From Octopus sinensis (Eukaryota), in assembly GCF_006345805.1 (NCBI RefSeq), contig NC_043010.1:67084001-67148000 (forward strand): a stretch of DNA of 64,000 nucleotides, read 5' to 3'. The translations under genes were made by a program, and so were the position numbers. The notes beneath the pieces were generated by a model, which worked only from the letters and a program-made list of their open reading frames with translations, did not search any database and was not told the DNA's origin. Each line of letters opens with the position of its first letter. Within the stretch, counting starts at the first letter, position 1. Positions 23,845 through 37,209 of the stretch are shown here, piece by piece.

Positions 23845-24310
23845 GTGTTTGTGAGAGAGAGAGAGACAGACAGACAGACAGAGTGTACCTGTAAGAGAGA
23901 GAGAGAGAGAGACAGCTAGACGGTGTACCTGTGTGTGAGAGAGAGAGTACGTGTGTGTATATGAGAGACAAAGAGAGAATACGTGTGAGAGAGTATGTGA
24001 ATATGAGAGAGAAAGAGTGAGGGAGAGAGAGAAAGAGTGAGAGAGATAAAGAATACATGAGGAAGAGTGTGTGCATATGAGAGAGAGAGAGAGAGAAAGC
24101 AAGAGCGAGAGAGAAAGCAAGAGTGAGAGAGAGAGAAAGCGAGAGAGAGAGAGAGAGAGAAAACGAGAGCAAGAGAGAGAGAGAAAGCAAGAGTGAAAGA
24201 GAGAGAGAGAAAGCAAGAGCAAGAGAGAGAGAGAAAGCAAGAGTGAAAGAGAGAGAGAGAAAGCAAGAGCAAGAGAGAGAGAAAGCGAGAGAGAGAGAGA
24301 GAGAGAGAAA
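23845..24310. repeat. (GA)n array with GAGAGAAAGCAA subunits
   Basis: Direct reading. Confidence 0.9.
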
Positions 24311-24639
24311 GAAAGAGTGTGCATGCATGTGTGTTCTCTAAAGACACCTGTTGACAGAAATGCACAGAACATGTTTTTCTTATCGTCTCCTGTTCAAGAC
24401 AAATAACATTTTTTTCCGTCATGAAAAATTAATTTTTTTTTTAAAGATAAAATATAAATGCAGTCTAGAATTGATGGGAGAGAGCATAATTGATGAGCCA
24501 GTAGTCCAATGTGTGTGGGTGGGGGTAGGGGTGTATATGTGTGGGTGTGTGTGTGTGTTTATATGTATATACATATGTGTGTGTGTGTGTGTATATATGT
24601 ATACATGAGTACATATATATATATATATGTGTGTGTGTG

Positions 24640-24679
<40 letters not shown>

Positions 24680-25350
24680 CGTTTGTGTGTGTGTATATGT
24701 TTGTATGTGTGTGTGTATATATGTTTGTGCGTGTGTGTGTGTATATATATGTTTGTGTGTGTGTATATATGTTTATGTGCATCTATATATGTATATATAT
24801 TTATATGTACATACATACATATAGACTTGTATGTGTGTGTGTGTGTTTATATGTATTTACATGTGTGTGTGTATATATATGTATACATGAGTATGTATAT
24901 ATATGTGTATATATGTTTATGTGCATTTATATATGCATATATTCTTATATATATATATACTTATATATATATACATATATACTTATATATGTGTGTGTGT
25001 GTTTATAATGTTCAAATACAGATATGTATATACACTCATGTACACATATACCTATATATATATGTAAATATACCTGTATTTGTGTGTGTGTGTGTGTGTA
25101 GGCATGTTGAGAGCTATGTATACCTGTTTGTATGTGATATTTAATTGCAGAGAGCTACATAAGTTACTCAAAGGGTTACAGTTTTGTGTCAGTGCACTGA
25201 ACAAACACAAGTTTAACAAGTACAATGGCACAAAATTGCAGACTCTTGGGTTACTTATGAAGTGTTATAACTAATAAATAATACATACTTACATATGTAT
25301 ATGTGCACATGTGCATGAGAGAGCGTGTATGTGTACATCTGACCATGTGT

Positions 25351-25390
<40 letters not shown>

Positions 25391-25469
25391 TGCACATGTA
25401 CATGAGAGTGTGTGTGTGTGTGTGTCTATGTACATCTGAGCATGTGTTATATTTATGTATATATATATA

Positions 25470-25855
25470 TGCCAGCCTCACCTGGCCTCCGCTATAGCCA
25501 CAAGGATGATGAAAAAAAGCTCTTCCTTCCCGTTTGAAGGAAGGAGGCATGACAATATTGACGATAGACTCGGCTGATAAACCGACTCGTCCAGCACATG
25601 ACAGCAGTTGTTCGACATAAGCCCACAGGTCGGAAATTGTTGGACATTGCACGAGTGCGTGCAGAACGGTTTCGTCTCTGACCGCATCTTGGGCAGGTCG
25701 GCCCCGTGTTTCTCGAGCCGTGTCTGTAGAGCTTATCCCGAACGGGTAGCGCTTCTCGGTAGCACTGCCAGGCCAAGGATCTCTGAAAGTTGACCATGGG
25801 CCAAAAGTCTTCCTGAACAGGCAGGTCAGGTATTCCTCATCGACGTCCAGGTTCG
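25470..25855 (-). pseudogene. L1/Tx1-like LINE ORF2 C-terminal fragment (zinc-finger region)
   Basis: Frame-corrected ALPVRDKLYRHGSRNTGPTCPRCGQ..ETVLHALVQCP.ISDLWAYVEQLL gives the CxxC-x-ET-x-H-x-C motif. Confidence 0.75.
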
Positions 25856-25858
25856 TAA

Positions 25859-25890
<32 letters not shown>

Positions 25891-26378
25891 AGAGAGTTTG
25901 TGAGTGAGAAAGAAGGAGAGTGAAGTTTTAGAGACACAAAACTAAAACGGAAACAAGAGGTGCAGTTCGAGATAAGTGAGTGAACATAGGCAGAAAAGCG
26001 TAGATTACAGACAGACAAAGTCAGAGACAGAGATAGAAACAGACTGAGAGAGCGAGAGAAGGAGACAGACAGAGAGAGGGACAGACAGATTAATAAAAAC
26101 GAAGGGAAAATCGCTGTCACAAGAGCGATAGAAAAGTGTGACTGAAAGTAGGAAAGTGAAAGAAGGAGTACGAGGGAGAGAGAAAGAGAGAGACGGGAAG
26201 AAAAGCTAGATATGAAAGAAGGATGTGTGAGAGAGTGAAAGAGAACTGCAGAAGAGTAAGCCCAGATAAAATAGTGTGTGAGAGAAGGGATGTAAGACAT
26301 AAAAGATGATAGGAACCACACTGGTTAGGAAGATTCAAATAGAAAAAGAAATAGTGTCAGCTGAATCGTAGTTTAACC

Positions 26379-27040
26379 CAGTGCCTCTCAAACTATCTGA
26401 TGTGGCATAGCGGCAGTTTTGTTTTTCCAATGTGCCTGGGACCAATAATATTTCTTAGTAATATTAATTTATCCCGGAGACAATTATATAATCATCATCA
26501 TCATCATCATCATCGTTTAACGTCTGTTCTCCATGCTGGCATGGGTTGGACGGTTCGACCGGGGATCTGGGAAGCCAGAAGACTGCACCAGGCTCCAGTC
26601 TAATCTGGCAATGTTTCTACAGCTGGATGCCCTTCCTAACGCCAACCACTCCGTGAGTGTAGTGGGTGCTTTTTACGTGCCACCTGCACAGGTGCCAGGC
26701 GAGGCTGGCAACGGCCACGGTCGGATTGGTGTATTTTATGTGCCACCGGCACGGAAGCCAGTCGAGGCGGTGCTGGCATCAGCCACGAGTCGGATAGTGC
26801 TTTTTACGTACCACTAGACCAGGGATCCTGGCTGGTTCAATTTCGATTTCGAATGGATGTAATAAAAGTTTAAAATTTTGTTTTATCTTATATTTTATTT
26901 TGTAAACAAATAATACAATAGTACATAAGCATTTTATAATCATGTTAAGTTTCTTTCTTTTCTGGAAACTCGCCACGTACTGGCAGCTGAAGGCTCGCGG
27001 ACCAGCACCGGTCCGTGGACCACCTCTTTGAGTAGCACTG
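26379..27040. mobile_element. Non-autonomous hAT (Charlie-like) DNA transposon with nested SINE
   Basis: TIRs CAGTGCCTCTCAAA ... TTTGAGTAGCACTG and an identical 8-bp TSD GTTTAACC at 26371-26378 and 27041-27048. Confidence 0.88.
26491..26850 (-). mobile_element. SINE family C, longest copy in the window
   Basis: (CAT)n-CGTTTAACGTC...GGATGCCCTTCCTAACGCCAACC...TTCAATTTCGATTTC. Confidence 0.85.
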
Positions 27041-27724
27041 GTTTAACCTATTAACTGCGAAGTTCTTTTATTCATATTTTTTGACTTTGCCAGATGTCTT
27101 AGGAGTTAGAATAATATATATATTTAAATTTTCTTCATATGTGAAATATTTTGAAAATTATAATTTTTTCGAGAAGTCACAAATGGGGAATCGCTGAAAA
27201 AAAAAGCATATTTATCCTTTTCTATTCAACTGAAATAATAAACATTTTAGTTTTTTTGAAACTATAGTATCAAATGTGAATGTGTATGAAATATCAATGA
27301 ATGATATAGATAGCAAATGTAAAAACAAAAATCGTTTTCAAAACAGTCAATATTTTTGTAGTTCAAAAATTGCGATTTATGACAAACTTTAACTACTAAA
27401 TATTGTTAAACACACATCTGCAAATGCAATATACATAAGCAATTCACTTTAAACACAACGAACAACCAGCAGTGAGACTGTTTTTAGCAGATCTCCAAAT
27501 GGAGCTCTTGGTAGGCAATGTGTTAAATATCTATTATCAGTGTGTGTGTGCGTGTATATGCATGTGTGAGTGAATGTGTCATCATATAAAATCATACTGA
27601 AAAGATATAGAGCACTCAGTTATATTTGAAGGTTAACTTTATTTGTAAATCTTTCACAAGGCTATCGCAAGCATCACCGGCGAAACTTCGAAATCCCAAA
27701 GATTAACTTTCTTTATATATGTGG

Positions 27725-29705
27725 GTAAAAAAAAATTAATTTAAAAACAATTTTTTAAATTAATACAAATAATTTTTTTAAACATTAATTAAAATAATTA
27801 ATTTTAAAAAAATTAGTTAATAAAAAATTATTAAAAAAAAATAATAATTGAAAAATTAATTTTAAAAAATCGATAACAAAAAAAAAATTAAAAAAATAAA
27901 TTTTAAAAATTGATGAAAAAATTAACAAAAGAATTAAATTATAAAAAATGAATTAAAAAAAATTATTCAAAAAACTAATTTTAAAAAATTAATTACAAAA
28001 TAAATTAATTTAAAAGCTTTTAAAAATTATTTTAAAAAATTCATTAAAAAAACACTATTTAAAAAAAATTAATAAGATAAAACAATTAAAAAAAATTTTT
28101 TTTTTAATTTATTAAAAAAAAATAATTGAAAAAAAATTATTTAAGAAAAGAATTAAAAGAATTAATTAAAAAGAATTAAATTTTAAAAATTAAATAAAAA
28201 AAATTAATTCTCAAAACAATTAATTTAAAAAAAATTAATAAAAAAAGATTAATTACCAAAAAAAATTATTTAAGAAAAGAATAAAAGAATTAATTAAAAA
28301 AATTTTTAAAAAAATTAGTTAATAAAAAATTATTAAAAAAAAATTAATTAAAAAAAATTATACAAAAATATTTTTTAAATTAACAAACAAATTAAATGAA
28401 GAAAAATTAATGAACAGAAAAATTTAATTAACAAAAAATTAATTGAAAAAACATTAATTAAAAATAATTAAAAAAAATTAAATGAAACAAATTAATCAAA
28501 AAAATTACTTGAAAAAGCTAATTAAAAAAGTTATTAAAAAAAATTAATTAACAAAGAATTAAAACAAAAAATTAGAAAAAAATTTTTTTTAATAATTTTT
28601 AAAAATTGATGAAAAAATTAACAAAGAATTAAATTATAAAAAATGAATTAAAAAAAATTATTCAAACAAAAACTAATTTTAAAAAATTAATTACAAAATA
28701 AATTAATTTAAAAGCTTTTAAAAATATTTTTAAAAATTCATTAAAAAAACACTATTTAAAAAAAATTAATAAGATAAAACAATTAAAAAAAAATTTTTTT
28801 TTAATTTATTAAAAAAAAATAATTGAAAAAAAATTATTTAAGAAAAGAATTAAAAGAATTAATTAAAAAGAATTAAATTTTAAAAATTAAATAAAAAAAA
28901 TTAATTCTCAAAACAATTAATTTTAAAAAAATTAACGAAAAAAAATTATTTAAAACAAAATTATTTGAAAAAAAAGTTAATTAATTTTAAAAAATTATTT
29001 AAAAGGAAATTTAACAAAAAAATTGATTAAAAAAAATTATACAAAAATATTTTTTAAATTAACAAACAAATTAAATGAAAAAAAATTAATTAAAAAAAAA
29101 TTTTTTTTAAATTAATGAACAGAAAAATTTAATTAACAAAAAATTAATTGAAAAAACATTAATTAAAAATAATTTTAAAAAAATTTATAAAAAAAAATTA
29201 ATAAAAAAAGATTAATTACCAAAAAAAATTAATTAAAAAAAATTAATAAGATAAAACAATTAAAAAAAATTAATAAAAAAAGATTAATTACCAAAAAAAA
29301 TTAATTAAAAAAATTTTTTTTTAATAATTTTTAAAAATTACCAAAAAAAATTAATTAAAAAAATAAATTACAAAAAACAAAAAAAAAAATAATAAAAAAA
29401 GTTTTTCAAAAAAAAAAAATTTTTTTAATTAATTAAAAGAGAATTAATTAAGAATGAATTAATTAAAAAAATTTTATTAAAAAGAATTTTAAAAAAATTT
29501 ATAAAAAAAATTTTTTTAATTATTGAAGAAATTTATTTAAAAAAAAATTAATAAAAAAAGATTAATTACCAAAAAAAATTATTTAAAAATCAAATTTAAA
29601 AAAATAATCGAAAAAATTAATTAAAAAAAATTATTAAAGAAAATTAATAACAATAATTTAATTAATTGAAAAAACATTAAAAAAATTATTAAAAAAAAGA
29701 TTAAC
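27725..29705. repeat. A-tract/AATTAATT low-complexity block, almost free of G and C
   Basis: Direct reading. Contains an internal duplication about 700 bp apart (27901 versus 28597). Confidence 0.9.
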
Positions 29706-32700
29706 TTTGATGTCTGTCGGCACCCTCTTTGATCTCTGTCGGCATTCCTCTTTGATCTCTGTCGGCACCCTGTTTGATCTCCGTTGACAGCCTCTTTGAT
29801 CTCTGTCGTCACTCCACTTTGACCTCTATCTGTACTCCTCTTTGATCTCTGTCGGCACTCCTCTTTGATCTCTGCCGGCACTCCTCTTTTATCTCTTTGA
29901 TCTCTGTCGGCACTCCACTTTGACCTCTGTCGACACTCCTCTTTGATCTCTGTCGGCACCCTCTTTGATCTATGTCGACATCATCTTTGATCTCTGTCGG
30001 CACTCCTCTTTAATCTATGTCGGCACTCTGTTTCATCTCTGTCGACACCCCCTTTGATCTCTTTCGACACCCTCTTTGATCTCTGTCGGCACTCCTCTTT
30101 GATCTCTGTCGGTACCTTCTTTGATCTCTGTCGGCACTCTTTGATCTCCGTCGGTACCTTCTTTGATCTCTGTAGGCACCTTCTTTGATCTCTGTCGGCA
30201 CCATCTTTGATCTCTGTCGGCACCATCTTTGATCTCTGTCGATACCCTCTTTGATCTCTGTTGGCACCCTCTTTGATCTCTGTCGGCACTCCTCTTTGAT
30301 CTCTGTCGGCACCCTCTTTGATCTCTGTCGGCACTCCTCTTTGATCTCTGTCGGCACCCTCTTTGATCTCTGTCGGCACTCCTCTTTGATCTATATCGGC
30401 ACCCTCTTTGATCTCTGTCGGCACCCTCTTCGATCTATGTCGGCACTCCTCTTTGATCTCTGTCGGCACCCTCTTTGATCTCTGTCGGCACTCCTCTTTG
30501 ATCTCTGTCGGCACCCTCTTTGATCTCTGTCGGCACTCCTCTTTGATCTATATCGGCACCCTCTTTGATCTCTGTCGGCACCCTCTTCGATCTATGTCGG
30601 CACTCCTCTTTGATCTCTGTCGGCACCCTCTTTGATCTGTGTCGGCACCCTCTTTGATCTCTGTCGGCACTCCTCTTTGATCTCTGTCGGCACCCTCTTT
30701 GATCTCTGTCGGCACTCCTCTTTGATCTATGTCAGCACTCCACTTTGACCTCTATCGGTACTCCTCTTTGATCTTGTCGGCACTCCTCTTTGATCTCTGT
30801 CGGCATACCTCTTTGATCTCTGTCGACACCCTCTTTGATCTCTATCGGCACCCTCTTTGATCTCTGTCGGCACCCTCTTTGATCTCTGTCGGCACCCTCT
30901 TTGATCCCTGTCGGCACCCTCTTTGATCTCTGTCGGCACCCTCTTTGATCTCTGTTGGCACCCTCTGATATCTGTCGGCACTCCTCTTTGATCTATGTCA
31001 ACACCCTATTCGATCTCTGTCCACAGACTCTTTGATCTCTGTCGGCACTCCTCTTTGATCTCTGTTGGCACCCTCTTTGATCACTGTCGGCACTCCTCTT
31101 TGATCTCTGTCGGCACTCTTTGATCTCTGTCGGCACCCTCTTTGATCTCTGTCGACACTCCTCTTTGATCTCTGTCGGCACCTTCTTTGATCTCTGTCGG
31201 CACCCTCTTTGATCTCTGTCGGCACCATCTTTGATCTATGTCAGCACCCTCTTTGATCTCTGTCGGCACTCCTCTTTGATCTCTGTCGGCACCCTCTTTG
31301 ATCTCTGTCGGCACCCTCTTTGATCTCTGTTGGCACCCTCTTTGATCACTGTTGACACCCTCTTTGATCTCTGTCGGAACTCTCTTTGATCTCTGTCGGC
31401 ACCCTCTTTGATCTCTGTCGACACTCCTCTTTGATCTCTGTCGGCACCTTCTTTGATCTCTGTCGGCACCCTCTTTGATCTCTGTCGGCACCATCTTTGA
31501 TCTATGTCAGCACCCTCTTTGATCTCTGTCGGCACTCCTCTTTGATCTCTGTCGGCACCCTCTTTGATCTCTGTCGGCACCCTCTTTGATCTCTGTTGGC
31601 ACCCTCTTTGATCACTGTTGACACCCTCTTTGATCTCTGTCGGAACTCTCTTTGATCTCTGTCGGCACCCTCTTTGATCTCTGTCGGCACCCCTCTTTGA
31701 TCTCTGTCGACACCCTCTTTGATCTCCGTTGGCACCCTCTTTGATCTCTGTCGACACCCTCTTTGATCTCTGTCGGCACTCCTCTTTGATATATGTCAGC
31801 ACTCCACTTTGACCTCTATCGGTACTCCTCTTTGATCTCTGTCGGCACTCTCTTTGATCTCTGTCGGCACTCCTCTTTGATCTATGTCGGCACCTTCTTT
31901 GATCTCTGTCGACATCCTCTTTGATCTCTGTCGGCACACTCTATGATCTCTGTCGGTACGCTCTTTGATCTCTGTCGGCACCCTCTTTGATCTCTGTCGG
32001 CACTCTTATTTTATCTCTGTCGGCACCCTCTTTGATCTCTGTCGGCACCCTCTTTGATCTCTGTCGACACCCCTCTTTGATCTCTGCCGGCACTCCTCTT
32101 TGATCTCCGTCGGCACCCTCTTTGATCTCTGTCGATACCCTTTGATCTATGTCGGCATGCTCTTTGATGTCTGTCGACATACTCTTTGATGTCTGTCGGC
32201 ACCCTTTTTGATCTCTGTCGGCATTCCTCTTTGATCTGTCGACACAGTCTTTGATGTCTGTCGGTACCCTCTTTGATCTTTGTCGGCACTCCTCTTTGAT
32301 CTCTGCCGGCACTCCTCTTTTATGTCTTTGATCTCTGTCGGCACTCCTCTTTGATCTCTACCGGTACTCCTCTTTGATCTCTGTCGGCACTCCTCTTTAA
32401 TCTATGTGTGCACTCTGTTTGATCTCTGTCGACACCCCCTTTGATCTCTTTCGACACCCTCTTTGATCTCTGTCGGCACTCCTCTTTGATCTCTGTCGGT
32501 ACTCTTCTTTGATCTCTGTCGGTACCTTCTTTGATCTCTGTCGGCACTCTTTGATCTCTGTCGGTACCTTCTTTGATCTCTGTCGGCACCCTCTTTGATC
32601 TATGTCGGCACCCTCTTTGATCTCTCGACACCCTCTTTGATCTCTGTCGGCACCCTCTTTGATATCTGTCGGCACTCCTCTTTGATCTATGTCAACACCC

Positions 32701-35700
32701 TACTCGATCTCTGTCGACAGAGTCTTTGATCTCTGTCGGCACTCCTCTTTGATCTCTGCCGGTACTCCTCTTTGATCTCTGTCGGCACTCCTCTTTGATC
32801 CATGTCGGCACTCTGATTTATGTCGAACCATCTTTGATCTCTGTAGGCACCTTCTTTGATCTCTGTCGGCACCATCTTTGATCTCTGTCGGCACCATCTT
32901 TGATCTCTGTCGATACCCTCTTTGATCTCTGTTGGCACCCTCTTTGATCTCTGTCGGCACCCTCTTTGATCTCTGTCGGCACTCCTCTTTGATCTCTGTC
33001 GGCACCCTCTTTGATCTCTGTCGGCACTCCTCTTTGATCTCTGTCGGCACCCTCTTTGATCTCTGTCGGCACCCTCTTTGATCTCTGTCGGCACTCCTCT
33101 TTGATCTCTATCGGCACCCTCTTTGATCTCTTTCGGCACCCTCTTCGATCTTATTCGGCACCCTCTTCGATCTATGTCGACACTCCTCTTTGATCTCTGT
33201 CGACACCCTCTTTGATCTCTGTCGGCACTCCTCTTTGATCTCTGTCGGCACCCTCTTTCATCTCTGTCGGCACCCTCTTTGATCTCTGTTGGCACCTTCT
33301 TTGATCCATGTCTGCACTCCTCTTTGATCTATGTCAGCACTCCACTTTGACCTATATCGGCACTCCTCTTTGATCTCTGTCGGCATACCTCTTTGATCTC
33401 TGTCGGCACCCTCTTTGATCTCTGTCGGCACCCTCTTTGATCTCTGTCGCACCCTCTTTGATCTCTGTCGGCACCCTCTTTGATCTCTGTCGGCACCATC
33501 TTTGATCTCTGTCGATACCCCCCTTTGATCTCTGTCGGCACCCTCTTTGATCTCTGTCGGCACCCTCTTGATCTCTGTCGGCACTCCTCTTTGATCTCTG
33601 TCGGCACCCTCTTTGATCTCTGTCGGCACCATCTTTGATCTCTGTCGATACCCCCTTTGATCTCTGTTGGCACCCTCTTTGATCTCTGTCGGCACCCTCT
33701 TTGATCTATGTCGGCACTCCTCTTTGATCTCTGTCGGCACCCTCTTTGATCTCTGTCGGCACATCTTTGATCTCTGTCGATACCCCCCTTTGATCTCTGT
33801 TGGCACCCTCTTTGATCTCTGTCGGCACCCTCTTTGATCTATGTCGGCACTCCTCTTTGATCTCTATCGGCACCCTCTCTGATCTCTTTCGGCACCATCT
33901 TTGATCTCTGTCGGCACCCTCTTTGATCTCTGTCGGCACCCTCTTTGATCTATGTCGACACCCTCTTTGATCTCTGTCGGCACTCCTCTTTGATCTATGT
34001 CAGCACTCCACTTTGATCTCTGTCGGCATACCTCTTTGATCTCTGTCGACACCCTCTTTGATCTCTGTCGGCACCCTCTTTGATCTCTGTCGGCACCCTC
34101 TTTGATATCTGTCGGCACCCTCTTTGATCTATGTCGACACCCTATTTGATCTCAATCGACTGACTCTTTGATCTCTGCCGGTACTCCTCTTTGATCTCTG
34201 CCGGTACTCCTCTTTGATCTCTGTCGGCACTCCTCTTTGATCCATGTCGGCACTCTGTTTGATTTATGTCGACACCATCTTTGATCTCTGTAGGCACCTT
34301 CTTTGATCTCTGTCGGCACCATCTTTGATCTCTGTCGGCACCATCTTTGATCTCTGTCGATACCCTCTTTGATCTCTGTTGGCACACTCTTTGATCTCTG
34401 TCGGCACCTTCTTTGATCTCTGTCGGCACTCCTCTTTGATCTCTGTCGGCACCCTCTTTGATCTCTGTCGGCACTCCTCTTTGATCTCTGTCGGCACCCT
34501 CTTTGATCTCTGTCGACACCCTCTTTAATCTCTGTCGGCACTCCTCTTTGATCTCTATCGGCACCCTCTTTGATCTCTTTTGGCACCCTCTTCGATCTCT
34601 TTCGGCACCCTCTTCGATCTATGTCGGCACTCCTCTTTGATCTCTGTCGGCACCCTCTTTGATCTCTGTCGGCACCCTCTTTGATCTCTGTCGGCATCCT
34701 CTTTCATCTCTGTCGGCACCCTCTTTGATCTCTGTTGGCACCCTCTTTGATCCATGTCTGCACTCCTCTTTGATCTATGTCAGCACTCCACTTTGTCCTC
34801 TATCGGCACTCCTCTTTGATCTCTGTCGGCATACCTCTTTGATCTCTGTCGACACCCTCTTTGATCTCTGTCGGCACCCTCTTTGATCTATGTCGGCACC
34901 CTCTTTGATCTCTGTCGGCACCCTCTTTGATCTCTGTCGGCACCATCTTTGATCTCTGTCGATACCCCCCTTTGATCTCTGTCGGCACCCTCTTTGATCT
35001 CTGTCGGCACCCTCTTGATCTCTGTCGGCACTCCTCTTTGATCTCTGTCGGCACCCTCTTTGATCTCTGTCGGCACCATCTTTGATCTCTGTCGATACCC
35101 CCTTTGATCTCTGTTGGCACCCTCTTTGATCTCTGTCGGCACCCTCTTTGATCTATGTCGGCACTCCTCTTTGATCTCTGTCGGCACCCTCTTTGATCTC
35201 TGTCGGCACCATCTTTGATCTCTGTCGATACCCCCCTTTGATCTCTGTTGGCACCCTCTTTGATCTCTGTCGGCACCCTCTTTGATCTATGTCGGCACTC
35301 CTCTTTGATCTCTATCGGCACCCTCTTTGATCTCTTTCGGCACCATCTTTGATCTCTGTCGGCACCCTCTTTGATCTCTGTCGGCACCCTCTTTGATCTA
35401 TGTCGACACCCTCTTTGATCTCTGTCGGCACTCCTCTTTGATCTATGTCAGCACTCCACTTTGATCTCTGTCGGCATACCTCTTTGATCTCTGTCGACAC
35501 CCTCTTTGATCTCTGTCGGCACCCTCTTTGATCTCTGTCGGCACTCTTTGATCTCTGTGGCACCCTCTTTGATATCTGTCGGCACCCTCTTTGATCTATG
35601 TCGACACCCTATTTGATCTCAATCGACTGACTCTTTGATCTCTGCCGGTACTCCTCTTTGATCTCTGCCGGTACTCCTCTTTGATCTCTGTCGGCACTCC

Positions 35701-35800
35701 TCTTTGATCAGTGTCGGCACTCTGTTTGATATATGTCGACACCCTCTTTGATCTCTGTCAACACCCTCTTTGATCTCTGTCGGCACTCCTCTTTGATCTC
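29706..35800. repeat. 22/23-bp satellite, consensus (T)CCTCTTTGATCTCTGTCGGCAC, about 270 units
   Basis: Direct reading. Sharp boundaries and internal block duplications. Confidence 0.97.
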
Positions 35801-36860
35801 TAATTAAAATTAAAACTAATTAAAAGAAAAAATGAATTTAAAAGAATTACTTGCAAGAAAAAATTAACAAAATAATTATTTTTAAGAAAATTAATTAAAA
35901 AAAATTAATGAAAAAATTAATTAAAAACAAAATTAATTAACAAAAAATTAATTAAAAATTAATTGAAAACAATTTTTTTATATTATTAAAAAAAATTTTT
36001 TTTTTTAATTCAAAAAAAAAAGAATATTTATTTAAAAAAAATTTTTTTTTAATTAAAAAGAAATTAAGAAAATTAATTAAAAAATAATAATTAAAATATA
36101 TTAATTAAAAAAAATAATTAAAAAAAATAAATAAAAAGAAAAAATTAATTAAAAATAATAATTTTCAAAAATTAATGCTAAACAAAATTAACAAAAAAAT
36201 TTTAAAATAATTAATTAAAAAAAATAATTAAAAAAAATGAACTGCCAAAAAAAATTAATTTAAAAAATATTTAAAAAAGAATTATTTTTAAAAAAAATTA
36301 ACGAAAAATTAATTAAAAAATTAATTTCCAAAAAAATTAATTAAAAAAAAAATAATTAAGAAAGAATTATTTTTAAAAAAAATTATTAAAGAAAAATTAA
36401 TTTTAAAAAATTAATTAAAAAATAATAATTAAAAAATTTTTTTTAAATAAAAAAAGATTATTTATAAAAGAAGTCTATTTCAAAAAATTTATTGAAAAAA
36501 AAATTAATTAAAACCACATTAATAAAAATTTTATTGACAAAAAATCAATTAAAACAAATTAATAAAAATGTATTAATTAAAAAAAATTAATTAAAAAAAC
36601 CATTATTTAAAAAAAATTTATTTAAAAATAATTAGTTTAAAAAAAATTAATTTAAAAAAATTAATTACAAAAAAATTAATATAAAAAAATATTTTTTAAA
36701 ATATTAAAAAACTTTTTAAAACAAATATTAAAAAAATTAATAAAAAAAAATTAATTATAAAAAAATTAATATAAAAAATATATTTTAAAAAATATTACAA
36801 AAAAATAGTACAAAACAAATATTACAAAAAAATATTTAAAAGACAATATTTTAAAAAATG
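35801..36860. repeat. Second A-tract/AATTAATT low-complexity block
   Basis: Same composition and same strand bias as 27725-29705. Confidence 0.9.
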
Positions 36861-37209
36861 TGCATGTATGTACGTGCATGTATTCATGTGTATGCCAGTA
36901 AGTATGTGCATGTTTGCATCTGTATGTATGTGTATGTATTTGGGGTCTGTATGTGCATGTATGTATATGTCTGGATGTATGTATGTGCATGTATGTATGT
37001 ATATGTTTGTATGTATGAGTGTGCATGTATGTATGTTTATGTGCATGTCTGTATGTATGCACGTGTGTGTATGTATGTACCTTTGTGTAGAATGTGTGTG
37101 TATGCCTGTGTGTATGTCCGTGTCTGTATGTGTATCTCTATGTGTGTGTATCACTATGTATCACTGACACAAACATACACACACACACATATATATATAT
37201 ATATACATA

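Noticed and set aside
25251-26321. 356-aa minus-strand ORF as an intact gene
   Set aside because: It is a chance fusion of (CT)n/(CTAT)n translation with an out-of-frame Tx1/L1 fragment.
27725-29705. AT blocks as a fully C-to-T/G-to-A hypermutated copy of the satellite
   Set aside because: In-silico conversion gives an AT motif of similar look, but the blocks show no 22/23-bp period by eye and would have to be inverted on both sides. An autocorrelation test would settle it.
29621-35563. Dozens of ORFs encoding GVPTEIKE/GADRDQR/ECRQRSKR repeats as a repetitive protein gene
   Set aside because: The minus-strand consensus has no stop in any frame, so long ORFs are expected by chance. The frame shifts with each 22/23-bp unit and the longest ORF is only 233 aa.
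29706-35800. CRISPR-like array
   Set aside because: The repeats are contiguous with no unique spacers, there are no cas genes, and the context is eukaryotic.
27725-36860. Mitochondrial control region (NUMT) or foldback transposon
   Set aside because: There are no mitochondrial genes or tRNAs nearby, and the two AT flanks are in direct, not inverted, orientation.
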